A DNA stretch of 64,000 bases from positions 62,001-126,000 of the forward strand of contig NIVC01002616.1 in NCBI GenBank assembly GCA_002269645.1, read 5' to 3'. The position numbers and the translations under genes were made by a program. How positions within the stretch are numbered: position 1 is the stretch's first letter; each line of letters begins with the position of its first letter. Below the pieces are notes generated by a model, which saw only the letters and a list, made by a program, of their open reading frames with translations, did no database searches and had not been told where the DNA came from. The stretch is from Macrostomum lignano. Taxonomy: Eukaryota. This document shows positions 12,829-24,529 of the stretch, one piece after another.

Positions 12829-14081
12829 GGACTTCTTCAAGTTTATGTTGATAAAATACTTCTGATTTTCCGATTTTTCTGAAACTTGCAGTGGACACTT
12901 ATGGGGCACCAAAAATGCAAAAAAACTGTAGAAAGTTACCTGTACGGTTGATGCAATCACGATTTACTCGATTCCCTATTCTCTTAATGAGGTTCGGTAG
13001 CAAAAGTTTCTCCGAATACATTTTTGAAAGTGTATCCACTAGACTTTTAATATAATAGCACATGTGCTAGAACTTCATTAGGCCAATTAAAGATAAATAT
13101 TAATATCTAAAAATTAATATGCAATTGTCTTTTACGTTCGATGATAATAGTTTTTCAATTTAGTTATAATGCATAGACACTGTTTGCTTTTTTTTTAAAT
13201 TGCCACGTCACGACCCGCTTGATCTGTGCACTTGCACTTTCACTGCACCCAGCCAAAGCAACGTTTGCAACTTCAAAGCACTTCGAACCTCTCAACCAAT
13301 TACTGTACAAGGCTATACTACTAATTATATTGTATTATGGCAATAACAGCACCTGATTTCGGTAAGCAAATTCATATAGATAAAGTTATAGAATTTAACC
13401 AACTTCTGAATCTGAAATATGTTGACTCTTTTCTTGTGTCGTCTGATTCAGACACCCCCCCCCCTATTAGGATTGGAATTTATCAACAGAATCTTGAATA
13501 GGTCTCCATGCCTCTATTCAAGTTTATGTTGATAAAATCAATCCCCATGAAAAATCTCCCCACCCTAAACCCTCCCCCATTCTCCATGCCCCAGTCATTG
13601 GTTTTAAGCTACAACCCCCCCCCCCCTATTAAGATTAGAATTTATCAACACAATCTTGAATAGGTCTCCATGCCTCTATTTAAGTTTATGTTGATAAAAT
13701 CAATCCCCATGAAGAATCTCCCTACCCTAAACCCCCCTTCCCCAATCCCCGACCCCATGCCCCAGTCGTTGGTTTTAAGCTACAACCCCCTCTCCTCCCC
13801 TCTATTAGGATTGGAATTTATCAACACAATCTTGAATAGGTCTCCATGCATCTATTCAAGTTTATGTTGATAAAATCAATCCCCATGAAGAATCTCCCCA
13901 CCCTAAAACCCCCTATTCCCTATGCCCCGGTGGTTGGTTTCAAGCTACATATAATTGGGTTAAAGCTACCAAAAAATGGAGCTCAAATTTGAAATCAGCA
14001 CTATCAAAAACCCTTATAGAGACAAAATTATGATCTTATCAAAATTGCAACTATTTTATCAACATAAACTTGAAGAAGTCT
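12829..14081. mobile_element. Non-autonomous TIR element with 8-bp TSD and internal ~165-180-bp tandem repeats
   Basis: Perfect 29-bp inverted repeat GACTTCTTCAAGTTTATGTTGATAAAATA at 12830 and ending 14080; GTAAAATT on both flanks (12821-12828, 14082-14089). Confidence 0.85.
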
Positions 14082-14517
14082 GTAAAATTAATTATGGAAA
14101 GTAATTACTTGTGCTTTAAACTCAAAAAAGCTTGATTAAACACCATAGTTCATTTTGTTACACTTACACTCTAGCTAGTATAAATCATCTTAAATTAAAA
14201 ATAGCTAATATAAAATATTACAGAGAAATTTTTGGCATTCCATATTTGCATTTAATTCCTTTGCAAAAAACAAATAACTTCTATTAGGTTACAGTGTCAC
14301 AACCAATTTTAATGCTACATTTATAAAAGGCATTTCTCAGACAAAAAATATGTGCTAGCAATGTATATTTATTGCACTTTTTTATTATGCCATGGCATAA
14401 TTTGCATTTGTTTTCAAATGCACCTCATACAAGTTTCACTGGGTTTCAATTTGATTAAAAAAATTGCAAAATAGAATTTAAGGTATATTGCACAATGCCA
14501 TGCACAGCTACACTTAC

Positions 14518-14580
14518 TCTAAGAACATGATAACCATCAGTTCCTCCTCCTGGAACAGGGGCGCTACTTCCTGCACCCAT
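14518..14580 (-). CDS. GORASP2: GRASP55/65, exon 1 (myristoylation-type MG start)
   Basis: MGAGSSAPVPGGGTDGYHVLR followed by GTAAGT. Confidence 0.93.
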
Positions 14581-15952
14581 GCGAAAAAAGTTAATTTAGA
14601 ACAAGGACAAGAGCTAGGACAAGACAGAGGCCTTAGCTTATGTAATAATTGCAGATAATGATTAGTCAGTTAAGACCTAGGCCTATGGCTACGACTAAAG
14701 GACCTAAGAAGACAAATGTTATGGATTGTCTAAGGAGTTTGGAGTGACACAATAAAAGAACTGGTGTGAAAACTTCTGTTTATAATGTCTTCCTTTAGCC
14801 TAGGTTAGTATTTTTATTGACAATCGCTGCGGAATAAAAAGTAAATCTGAAAAGTGAAATATACACGCTACTTCACATTTCTTCCATGTTAGAAGGATCG
14901 AAATCCTGGAAAAATTAATCCACGTTAGCAAATAATTTTAAAACTCCTATGAAAAAAATACAGAAAACAGAATGGAACGTTAAATCATCTACTTAAAAAA
15001 GCAAAATTACTCGTCTTAGTAATAAAAACTGTTTGTTTAGTATAAAATATTTTCAATTTGTTTAAACACTATAACCGTTTGTAACCGTCAGCAGCATTCG
15101 ACAAATGTTCAGTGGCGGGTATTATTGCGGTGCCATTTTGTTTTGATTCTCATTAAGGATCTTTATGACTTTAATTATAGACAAATTTAATGGCATTTTC
15201 TATTTTTTCACTTTTGAATTAATACTTTGCAGAGCTATGCTGCTTTTTAAGTGGACATTTCAAAACCGGAGATTATAATTTTCACAATCAAATTACTCTT
15301 CTAGAGATTTGAGATTAATGAAATTAGTCATTAAAAGGTTAAAATTAATGAAAATAGAAATAGAAGCCAAAAAATTTTAGCTTAATTTTATCATTCCAAC
15401 ATGCGCACAAATAAAATAACTGAGCACCTTCAAATGCACAATTTATTTAGTCGAAAACGAAAAAAGGAATATTTGAATGATTCCATAAGTAGTTGAGAAC
15501 ACTGGGAACTAACTGTATACAATGTTTCTGCATTAGTATGACACTTGGTATTGGCACGCGACTAAAATGTTTGCTAAAATACATTGAGCTTCTTAACAAG
15601 ATTAACAAAATATGGATAAAAAACGCAGCAACATGCAACATGAAGCAAAATTATAATGCTGTACAAATGGAGTATCTTCTAGTTACATTTCTAGTTATAG
15701 TTACAACTGTGTAGTGCAGAGTACTAATAGAAATGATGACTTCAATCAGGAAGCTCAGCAGCTTGTATTCCTTAAGCTGTTTTATTTTGACAAATAGGGA
15801 GCTGTTAGTGCAAAAAATTTATAAATTATTATTACTTATACATTATTTTACTAAATGCTAAAAAGTGTAAGAAGACAAGTAGCAGTGCGACAATATATAA
15901 GAATTTTACCAAATCATCTACTGAAGCGAAATAAAGAAATACTTGCATTAAC

Positions 15953-16657
15953 TCAGACCCGGTCCGCCTTATACTCGTAGCCGCACTCCTGGCCAGCATC
16001 GTTGTCAACAGTCAGCAGACTGGAACTATCAGGCGAGGCCAGCACCAGTAGGTGCGTTGTTGGCGACGGTGTTGATGAGCGAACCGACACGGATTCGAAC
16101 TCTGGCTCCTCCCGCCCGCCGCCTAGCTTGTGAACGGGGGTTAATTTAACATTTGGCGACGCTTTCAACGGCTGATGACGACGGCCGCGCAGTGGTCTGT
16201 GCGGTGAACATTTAGCGACACTATTGCCGACATTGCTGTTCTCCTTGTCTTGGCCTCGCATACTAGGGATTATATTGGGGTTGGCGATGCTCTTCACTGC
16301 TGTCGCCGCCTCCGCTGCGGGCTTGTTCAACTTTGAATTCGTCTGCGCGCCAACCCGAAGGAAAGCCGGCAGCTCCAGATTGCGGGCGTCGATTTTGCCG
16401 CGCTGATCGTCCATTCGGCTGCCCTGAACTCGGGCCAGCAGCTCCACTAGCGAGTCGTCTTTGACGCTGCCTGCGCCAGCAGCTGTATTTGCCGAGGCCG
16501 CCATTGGATTCTTCAATTTCGACAACGACGAGGGGGACGACAGAGTCGCCGATTGCCAGGGCACCGCCAAGGCCGGTCGACGTGGCGACGAAGTCACCGG
16601 AATATTCGTCACAGACCCGACAGAGGCGGTGGCAGCGATGGGAGTTGAGGTTGGAGT
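15953..16657 (-). CDS. RGS12: RGS12/loco-like, last exon with GoLoco motif
   Basis: DSLVELLARVQGSRMDDQRG; ATCCAG acceptor at 16658-16659 is the only phase-compatible AG after an in-frame TAA. Confidence 0.8.
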   Translation of the reverse strand, partial: TPTSTPIAATASVGSVTNIPVTSSPRRPALAVPWQSATLSSPSSLSKLKNPMAASANTAAGAGSVKDDSLVELLARVQGSRMDDQRGKIDARNLELPAFLRVGAQTNSKLNKPAAEAATAVKSIANPNIIPSMRGQDKENSNVGNSVAKCSPHRPLRGRRHQPLKASPNVKLTPVHKLGGGREEPEFESVSVRSSTPSPTTHLLVLASPDSSSLLTVDNDAGQECGYEYKADRV

Positions 16658-16710
16658 CTGGATAGTTTTTTTGGAGGATAAGATGGTATCGGTGAGTTAT
16701 GGCGCAGAAA

Positions 16711-17310
16711 CTGAGGATCTGGGAGGCTGGCCCAGCAACTGAGGATCTGGGAGGCTGGCCCAGCAACTGAGGATCTGGGAGGCTGGCCCAGCAACTGAGG
16801 ATCTGGGAGGCTGGCCCAGCAACTGAGGATCTGGGAGGCTGGCTCAGCAACTGACACTCTGGGAGGCTGGCCCAGCAACTGAGGATCTGAGAGGCTGGCC
16901 CAGCAACTGAGGATCTGAGAGGCTGGCCCAACAACTGAGGATCTGAGAGGCTGGCCCAGCAACTGAGGATCTGAGAGGCTGGCCCAACAACTGAGGATCT
17001 GGGAGGCTGGCCCAGCAACTGAGGATCTGGGAGGCTGGCTCAGCAACTGACACTCTGGGAGGCTGGCTCAGCAACTGACACTCTGGGAGGCTGGCCCAGC
17101 AACTGAGGATCTGGGAGGCTGGCCCAGCAACTGAGGATCTGGGAGGCTGGCCCAGCAACTGAGGATCTGAGAGGCTGGCCCAGCAACTGAGGATCTGGGA
17201 GACTGGCCCAGCAACTGAGGATCTGGGAGGCTGGCCCAGCAACTGAGGATCTGAGAGGCTGGCCCAGCAACTGAGGATCTGAGAGGCTGGCCCAACAACT
17301 GAGGATCTAG
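16711..17310. repeat. 28-bp minisatellite (CTGAGGATCTGGGAGGCTGGCCCAGCAA) in RGS12 intron 6
   Basis: About 21 units. Confidence 0.95.
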
Positions 17311-17362
17311 GAGAATCACTCGCAAAAGACTACAAGTGTTTAAAACTGGCCCGCCCACCAAC

Positions 17363-17484
17363 CTGCAGCTCGCAGACGCCCCCAGAGTCGAAGCAAATCA
17401 GGCCGGAGTTGATGGCGCTCGCCATGCGATTCGCATTCCACTGGCAGTCTTGCAGCAGTCGAGACAGGCTGCTGTGTGAAGGAT
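17363..17484 (-). CDS. RGS12: RGS12/loco-like, exon 6
   Basis: TTTCCAG acceptor, CAG/GTTGGT donor; 122 nt joins phase 1 to phase 0 without a stop. Confidence 0.6.
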
Positions 17485-18189
17485 CTGGAAATTTTTTTAA
17501 ATGGATTCTAATGTGTATTATTGCTTTAATTGAAGCCTAGATACTACTCTAAGTAGTGAACATAAATCGGTTCTTTCATAAAAATAAAAGGCAAAAACTG
17601 ACAATTGAAAATTGCACTCAAACAAATTAGAAGGGCAAATTTCATATTTCTTTCCCAGAATTCTAAGTTAACAACCGGCATGGTTTTCACCGGCAGCACG
17701 GAATTCATTAAAAGTACATTTTAAGGACAGAAGAAACGGCCTTCAAAAATGATAAAAGCTAAATTTTGTTAAAATTATGTTCATCAACACACTATAAACT
17801 TACGACTCATCATTGCTCACGGAATAAAAATAAATAGTAAAATACGTACGAACTACTCTACAGTAGTTTACTAGTACGCTGAAACACAAAGTCAAATGGG
17901 TCGAAATTGTTAAAATGCAAAAAAATCCGGAGCTGTCATCGCCTGAGCTTTGCGGGCAGGGAGACGAGGCTGGGCCTGCTCGGCCTTTGACGATTTTCGC
18001 CAAATTTAATGCCATCACAATCTGCATGCACGAATCAATAGGGAAACGATAATTTACTTGGTGCGAGGATAAGATGATTGCAGACATCAGGTGTTAAGAC
18101 GAGAAGGATAATTAGAACAATTAGCACAGCGGGAAAGTAGTTAAACGCAACTTAGGGCCATCAGGGTGACCAGAAGTAAAGGTAATCCA

Positions 18190-18545
18190 ATACAGGATAT
18201 AGTTAATTGGGTCGGGGGGCACCAGGTGTGCGGGTAATTAAATGCGCAAGATAAGATAAATAAGATCACCAGATGTAAAGATAATCAAATACACCAGATA
18301 AAGATAATTAGGGCTACCAGGTGTGAAGGCAATTAAATACGCCAAAGAAAGATTAGGGCCACCAGGTGTGAAGTTAATCAAAACACGCCAGATAAAGATA
18401 ATTAGGGACAACAGGTGTAAATGCAAGTAAATACACCAGATAAAGATAATTCAGTTAGGAAGACCAGGTGTGAAGGTAATTAAACACGGTAGAAAAGATA
18501 ATTAGGGACACCAGGTGTGAAGATAACGAGGGACACAGTATGAAG
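18190..18545. repeat. Degenerate ~50-bp tandem repeat (CACCAGGTGTGAAG...AGATAAAGATAATTAGGG) in RGS12 intron 5
   Basis: Recurrent CACCAGGTGTGAA and AGATAAAGATAATT motifs. Confidence 0.75.
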
Positions 18546-18678
18546 ATAATAACAAATAAGTAAAATACGAGATGGATATTATACTCAGATACATCACTTG
18601 CATACTACGAGCGTAATAGTAATAAACAGAAACTCTACGATAATTCGAGTTCAACTCGGAAAGTGTGAGAACACTCAC

Positions 18679-19083
18679 CAGTCAGCAGATCCTCAGCTGG
18701 CAACAGTGCAAACTGGCGCCTATGATCCGCTCGGGTCAGCCGCCTGGCGTTCCAGGGTACAGCGGCGGCTGCGGCGGCGGCAACAGAGCCCGATGACTCA
18801 ACAGGTGCAACAGCCATCAACAGGTCGTCGCCGGCGGTTTCTAAGCCGTATTTTGAGCAGATTGGGCCCAGGGCGTCTCGAAATGACTGACCGGGCGAGG
18901 CGCGGACAGCCAGCCAAGCAGACGACGAAAGCCCGGCTGTTGAAGCGTTTGTGCCGCTGCGCTGTCTCTGCTGTTTCTGCTGCCGACGCGATTTGAATCC
19001 CACTAGGAGGTCGACTTTGTTTCCAACGCCCGACTGATCGCCGCCTGTTGCTGGGACTTTCGAGTAGCGCTTGCTGGACCGGC
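18679..19083 (-). CDS. RGS12: RGS12/loco-like, exon 5 (Ras-binding-domain-like)
   Basis: CCTGCAG acceptor, GTGAGT donor; WLAVRASPGQSFRDALGPICSKYGL. Confidence 0.75.
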
Positions 19084-19094
19084 CTGCAGGATAT

Positions 19095-19400
19095 TTATCC
19101 CAAATAATAGGTGAGTTCAATTCGATGGTGACGTTAACTGTGGGATATTTATCCTCAAAAGATGAACTGGATGACTCCCCTAACTGCGGGATAATTATCC
19201 CCAAAAGAGGAAGTAGATGACTCCCCTAACTGCGGGATAATTATCCCCAAAAGAGGAACTAGAACTAGATGACTCCCCTAACCGTGGGATAATTATCCCC
19301 AAAAGAGGAACTAGAACTAGATGACTCCCCTAATCGTGGGATAATTATACCCAAAACAGAAACTAGATGACCCTCTAACTATAGGATATTTATCCCCACA
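19095..19400. repeat. Degenerate ~45-55-bp repeat (GATGACTCCCCTAAC..GGGATAATTATCCCCAAAA) in RGS12 intron 4
   Basis: About 6 copies visible. Confidence 0.8.
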
Positions 19401-19408
19401 GGACTAAC

Positions 19409-19826
19409 CCCGCATCAGCGAGGCCAGAAAGCCCCGGCCGCTGCGCTGCTGCTGCTTGTCCCGACTCCGGTCTCGATCGGGATTGCTCAGCAGTCCAACG
19501 CTTCGAGTAGACGCCATGTTTGACTGCTTATTCTGCTGCTCCTGCTTCTGTTGCTGACTCGCACTGGGCAAAGGCCGCGACTGCAGCTCGCACAGCAGGC
19601 AGTCTTTGTACAGCTGAGACTTCAGAAACCTGGCATAGCTGTCCATGCGCATCAGGTTGAAGATGTGCTGCTGGGCGGGGTCAAATAAGGTCAGGGGAGG
19701 GGGCTGCGACTCCTGCTGCGCAAGACAGGCCTGGATGGCATCGACCGTACAGCTGTCGATGTTGACGCTTGAGGAGGCGCTGGGGCCAACGAAGGTCGAA
19801 GCGATTCGATCGGCCGCGGAACGAAT
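19409..19826 (-). CDS. RGS12: RGS12/loco-like, exon 4 (RGS domain C-half)
   Basis: VNIDS...LFDPAQQHIFNLMRMDSYARFLKSQLYKDCL. Confidence 0.92.
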
Positions 19827-19974
19827 CTGGAAGAATTAAAGATTTGAAATATACCGCAATTATGAAAATCGATTTATCCCATTTTTTCAGGTCGTCAAAA
19901 TAATTTTCCCTATAATGAAGCTAAACTATAAAAATCGAGGTAAAATCATCCTCAAATTGAGATGGACGCCAAAT

Positions 19975-20585
19975 CCCCTTACAATTATCCCCAAACCCGA
20001 AAGCGACATTAGAATCTCATTAAAATTATCCCCAAACCCGAAAGCGACACCAGAATCCCCTTAAAATTATCCCCAAACCTGAAAGTGACACAAGAATCCC
20101 CTTAAAATTATCCCCAAACCCGAAAGCGACATTAGAATCTCATTAAAATTATCCCCAAACCGGAAAGCGACACCAGAATCCCATTAAAATTATCTCCAAA
20201 CATGAAGCGACACCAGAATCTCATTAAAATTATCCCCAAACCCGAAAGCGACACCAGAATCCTCTTAAAATTATCCCCAAACCCGAAAGCGACACCAGAA
20301 TCCTCTTAAAATTATCCCCAAATCTGAAAGCGACATTAGAATCTCATTAAAATTATCCCCAAATCTGAAAGCGACACCAGAATCCCCTTAAAATTATCCC
20401 CAAACCTGAAAGCGACACCAGAATCCCCTTAAAATTATCCCCAAACCTGAAAGCGACACCAGAATCCCATTAAAATTATCCCCAAACCTGAAGCGACACC
20501 AGAATCCCATTAAAATTATCCCCAAACCCGAAAGCGACACCAGAATCCCATCTAAACTATCCCCAAACCGGAAAGCGACACCAAA
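19975..20585. repeat. 41-bp minisatellite (AAAATTATCCCCAAACCCGAAAGCGACACCAGAATCCCCTT) in RGS12 intron 3
   Basis: About 15 units. Confidence 0.93.
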
Positions 20586-20617
20586 ACCTAGAAGGACAAT
20601 TAATATCCCACTCGCAC

Positions 20618-20971
20618 CTGGTCAGCGTTGGTCAACAGCCGATAGTCTTCAACAGCCAGCCAGAAGGCGATGTTCTCTTCGCTGAACTCCAACCGCAAGA
20701 AGTCGGTGAACACGCCGACACCGGCAGGATCGGCTAGCAGATGCGGCAAGCCCGTGGCCCACTTGGCAACGCTGCTGGCGGACTCGGGCTCGGGCTCGAC
20801 ACCCATCGAGCTGAGATTTCGTTCGCTAGAAGCCAGAGACGAGTTGAGCAGGTGCGGATGCCTGCCGGATGTGTTTTGCTGGTCGGTGGGGTCCGGGATC
20901 GAGGCCGGGTCGGCGGCAGCCGCTGAAGTGGCGGGGTCGGCATCGAGCTCGGATGCGCTGCTGGTCAGACT
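20618..20971 (-). CDS. RGS12: RGS12/loco-like, exon 3 (RGS domain N-half)
   Basis: WATGLPHLLADPAGVGVFTDFLRLEFSEENIAFWLAVEDY. Confidence 0.92.
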
Positions 20972-21034
20972 CTGCAGCGGGCGGCCAGTTGGAATATTGC
21001 AATGCATTTTCAATTAATTGGTGCTAAAAGGGTC

Positions 21035-21900
21035 TCTATGTCTTGGTGTCCTGATGTCCTACGCTCTTTATGTCTTGGTGTCCTGATGTCCTACGGTCTT
21101 TATGTCTTGGTGTCCTGATGTCCTAGGGTTTTAATGTCTTGGTGTCCTGATGTCCTAGGGTTTTAATGTCTTGGTGTCCTGATGTCCTAGGGTTTTAATG
21201 TCTTGGTGTCCTGATGACTTGGTGTCCTGATGTCCTACGCTCTTTATGTCTTGGTGTCCTGATGTCCTACGGTCTTTATGTCTTGGTGTCCTGATGTCCT
21301 AGGGTTTTAATGTCTTGGTGTCCTGATGTCCTAGGGTTTTAATGTCTTGGTGTCCTGATGTCCTAGGGTTTTAATGTCTTGGTGTCCTGATGTCCTAGGG
21401 TTTTAATGTCTTGGTGTCCTAATGTCCTAGGGTTTTAATGTCTTGGTGTCCTGATGTCCTAGGGTTTTAATGTCTTGGTGTCCTGATGTCCTAGGGTTTT
21501 AATTTCTTGGTGTCCTGATGTCCTACGGTCTTTATGTCTTGGTGTCCTGATATCCTAGTGTTTTAATGGCTTGGTGTCCTGATGTCCTAGGGTTTTAATG
21601 TCTTGGTGTCCTGATATCCTAGTGTTTTAATGTCTTGGTGTCCTGATGTCCTAGGGTTTTAATATTTTGATATCCTAGGGTTTCAATGTCTTGGTGTCCT
21701 GATATCCTAGTGTTTTAATGTCTTGGTGTCCTGATATCCTAGTGTTTTAATGTCTTGGTGTCCTGATATCCTAGTGTTTTAATGGCTTGGTGTCCTGATG
21801 TCCTAGGGTTTTAATGTCTTGGTGTCCTGATATCCTAGTGTTTTAATGTCTTGGTGTCCTGATATCTTAGTGTTTTAATGTCTTGGTGTCCTGATACCCT
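21035..21900. repeat. 32-bp minisatellite (TGTCTTGGTGTCCTGATGTCCTAGGGTTTTAA) in RGS12 intron 2
   Basis: About 27 units. Confidence 0.95.
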
Positions 21901-22147
21901 GTAGTAACCATTATTTCATAATTCAAATTTACTGATTAATCTATGCTGCAGGATAGACGAACTTGAATGTCGGAGGTCTGAATATATCTTAACAATGATA
22001 ATTTTCGAGAGGGATCTTGACTGATGTAAGAGTATTGCTTTGAATCAAATCCTTGTGTCCTGAGATTACTACTGATAGTCGTATGCATGCAGATGTTATC
22101 AGGTCTGCACCAACTGAAGATCAAGTTTTCAATATTCAGAGTCCAAC

Positions 22148-23176
22148 CTCGGTCGACATCGCCGTTGAGCGTCGGCGAAGTTTTCGAAACGAGCCAGAAG
22201 CGCCGCGAGCAAAACGGCGAAGAAACGACGGCGACTGAGACGGCACAGTCGGCTGTTGCGGTGGGGGCGGTGGCGGCATTGGCACTTTGAAAGTCGCAGT
22301 GGAAGATGCCGTACTACTCGTTGTCGTCGCAATGGACGAGGAAGACATAACTGTTGCCGACTGCCGACGACTTGAGCCGACGGAACGCCAGGCGCACAGC
22401 GACCGCAGCGCCGTCAGAACAGCACCGGCGTCTGGCGGGAACGATCGACAACTACAGCCTGTTACAGTCGACGATGTCGATAAACCGACGGCGGAACAGA
22501 CGATGCCGAACGCGGCTGCCCACTGGGCGTGAGCGGCATGGCTGGCGGCCAGTTGCGGGTTGGCATAGAAGCCGTGCACAGTCAGGGCGCTGGCGCCGCT
22601 GGAGCAGCCGGTCAGCAAGCCGAAATAGGCGGCGTCCTGACTGTGCCGGCCCGCCAGGAGAAGCTGCTGCTGCTGACTGTCGGTGGCAGACAGGCGGAAC
22701 AGACAGCGACCGGTGCAGCTGGTCAGAGAGATGCTCACTAAGCAGTTCTCATTATCATCATCGTCATCATAATCCTCATTTTTATTAATGCCACAGCTCT
22801 CAGCATCCAGCGCCAATTCTTCATCAATATCTAGGGTGGCTAGAGTGACAGCTCTGGCTTCGGACTTCAGTCGGGCAACAGCCGAGGCGACAGTTCTAGT
22901 AGCCGAGGCCTGACAGCTGACTGGCGGGATGCTGAGCGAGCCGATGTAGCTGAGCACGAATTTGTGCCGACAGATCACCCGCCTGCGCTGCTTGGAGCGT
23001 CTGTGCCTTAGCTGGTGCTGCGCCTGCTGCTGCTTCTGGTGCCGATGCCTGGGGACCTGCTCGTAGCGAACCTCCGGCCCGATGATGCGCGGATCCGAGG
23101 TGGCCATTCGCGGTGGAGGCGGCGGCGGCGGTGGAGGCGGCGGCGGTGGAGGCGGCGGCAGAGGCGTTTGATTCGC
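22148..23176 (-). CDS. RGS12: RGS12/loco-like, exon 2 (PTB-like domain)
   Basis: CTGCAG acceptor; KFVLSYIGSLSIP...YFGLLT; 1029 nt, phase 0; the donor (GTTGGA) is weak, so the 3' boundary is uncertain. Confidence 0.75.
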
Positions 23177-23244
23177 CTGCAGTGCATAGAGTGATAATAT
23201 GGCTCTAAATGCCCGCTGATTGATCACTCATTTGCTCCTTAAAT

Positions 23245-24015
23245 CCTCCTTTCAATCCGCCCCAAACATCAGCCCTCAAATCCGCCCCAAACATCAGCCC
23301 TCAAATCCGCCCCCAAACATCAGCCCTCAAATCCGCCCCAAACATCAGCCCTCAAATCCGCCCCCAAACATCAGCCCTCAAATCCGCCCCCAAACTTCAG
23401 CCCTCAAATCCGCCCCCAAACATCAGCCCTCAAATCCGCCCCAAACATCAGCCCTCAAATCCGCCCCCAAACATCAGCCCTCAAATCCGCCCCCAAACTT
23501 CAGCCCTCAAATCCGCCCCCAAACATCAGCCCTCAAATCCGCCCCCAAACTTCAGCCCTCAAATCCGCCCCAAACATCAGCCCTCAAATCCGCCCCAAAC
23601 ATCAGCCCTCAAATCCGCCCTAAACATCAGCCCTCCGCCCCAAACTTCAGCCCTCAAATCCGCCCCAAACATCAGCCCTCAAATCCGCCCCAAACATCAG
23701 CCCTCCGCCCCAAACTTCAGCCCTAAAATCCGCCCCAACATCAGCCCTCAAATCCGCCCCCAACATCAGCCCTCAAATCCGCCCCAAACATCAGCCCTCC
23801 GCCCCAAACTTCAGCCCTCAAATCCGCCCCAAACATCAGCCCTCAAATCCGCCCCAAACATCAGCCCTCAAATCCGCCCCAAACATCAGCCCTCAAATCC
23901 GCCACAAACATCAGCCCTCCGCCCCAAACTTCAGCCCTCAAATCCGCCCCAAACATCAGCCCTCAAATCCGCCCTAGCCCTCAAATCCGCCCCCAGCCCT
24001 CAAATCCGCCCCAGC
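23245..24015. repeat. 25-26-bp minisatellite (CAGCCCTCAAATCCGCCCCAAACAT) filling RGS12 intron 1
   Basis: About 30 units running up to the donor. Confidence 0.95.
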
Positions 24016-24021
24016 CCTCAC

Positions 24022-24351
24022 CGGTGCCACTATCAGCGTGAGCAGGCCACCGCACCTGGCGATGGCAGCGGCCACGTCGTCGTGAGCCAGGCCGCGCACG
24101 GAGACGCCGTTGACGCCGAGCAGAGCGTCGCCAGGCCTCAGAGCGGCCAGATCAGCCGGGCTGCCCGGCACGATGCAGCTGAGCATGCAGGGAGACTGGC
24201 CGTTGATTGTGAAACCAAATCCGATACGAGACCGGCTGAGCTGAACTGTGCGAGTTCTCTGATTGACACCGTGCTGATGCTGCTGATGATGAATGGGATG
24301 CTGGGCGGCTAACGGGGCAGCTGTAGCCAATGCTGCTGCTCCTGCATCCAT
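24022..24351 (-). CDS. RGS12: RGS12/loco-like, exon 1 (PDZ domain)
   Basis: VQLSRSRIGFGFTINGQSPCMLSCIVPGSPADLAALRPGDALLGVNG; GTGAGG donor. Confidence 0.9.
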
Positions 24352-24529
24352 GAAGCGGCGGCTGCATGAATTGGATTATTTTAGTTTTTGGTAGCATGAG
24401 AAATATACTGATAGAGGGTATTACAGCTTAATACAAATCTAAACAGGCAGACAGATAGAGGATAGACACAGACAGACACCCTGACGGTGGACAGACACTC
24501 ACAGAGGAAAACAACAGACAAACATGCAA

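Noticed and set aside
18635-18678. Extension of RGS12 exon 5 to a GTAGAG donor at 18638
   Set aside because: The strong GTGAGT donor at 18678 gives phases compatible with exon 6 and the GoLoco exon; the extension does not
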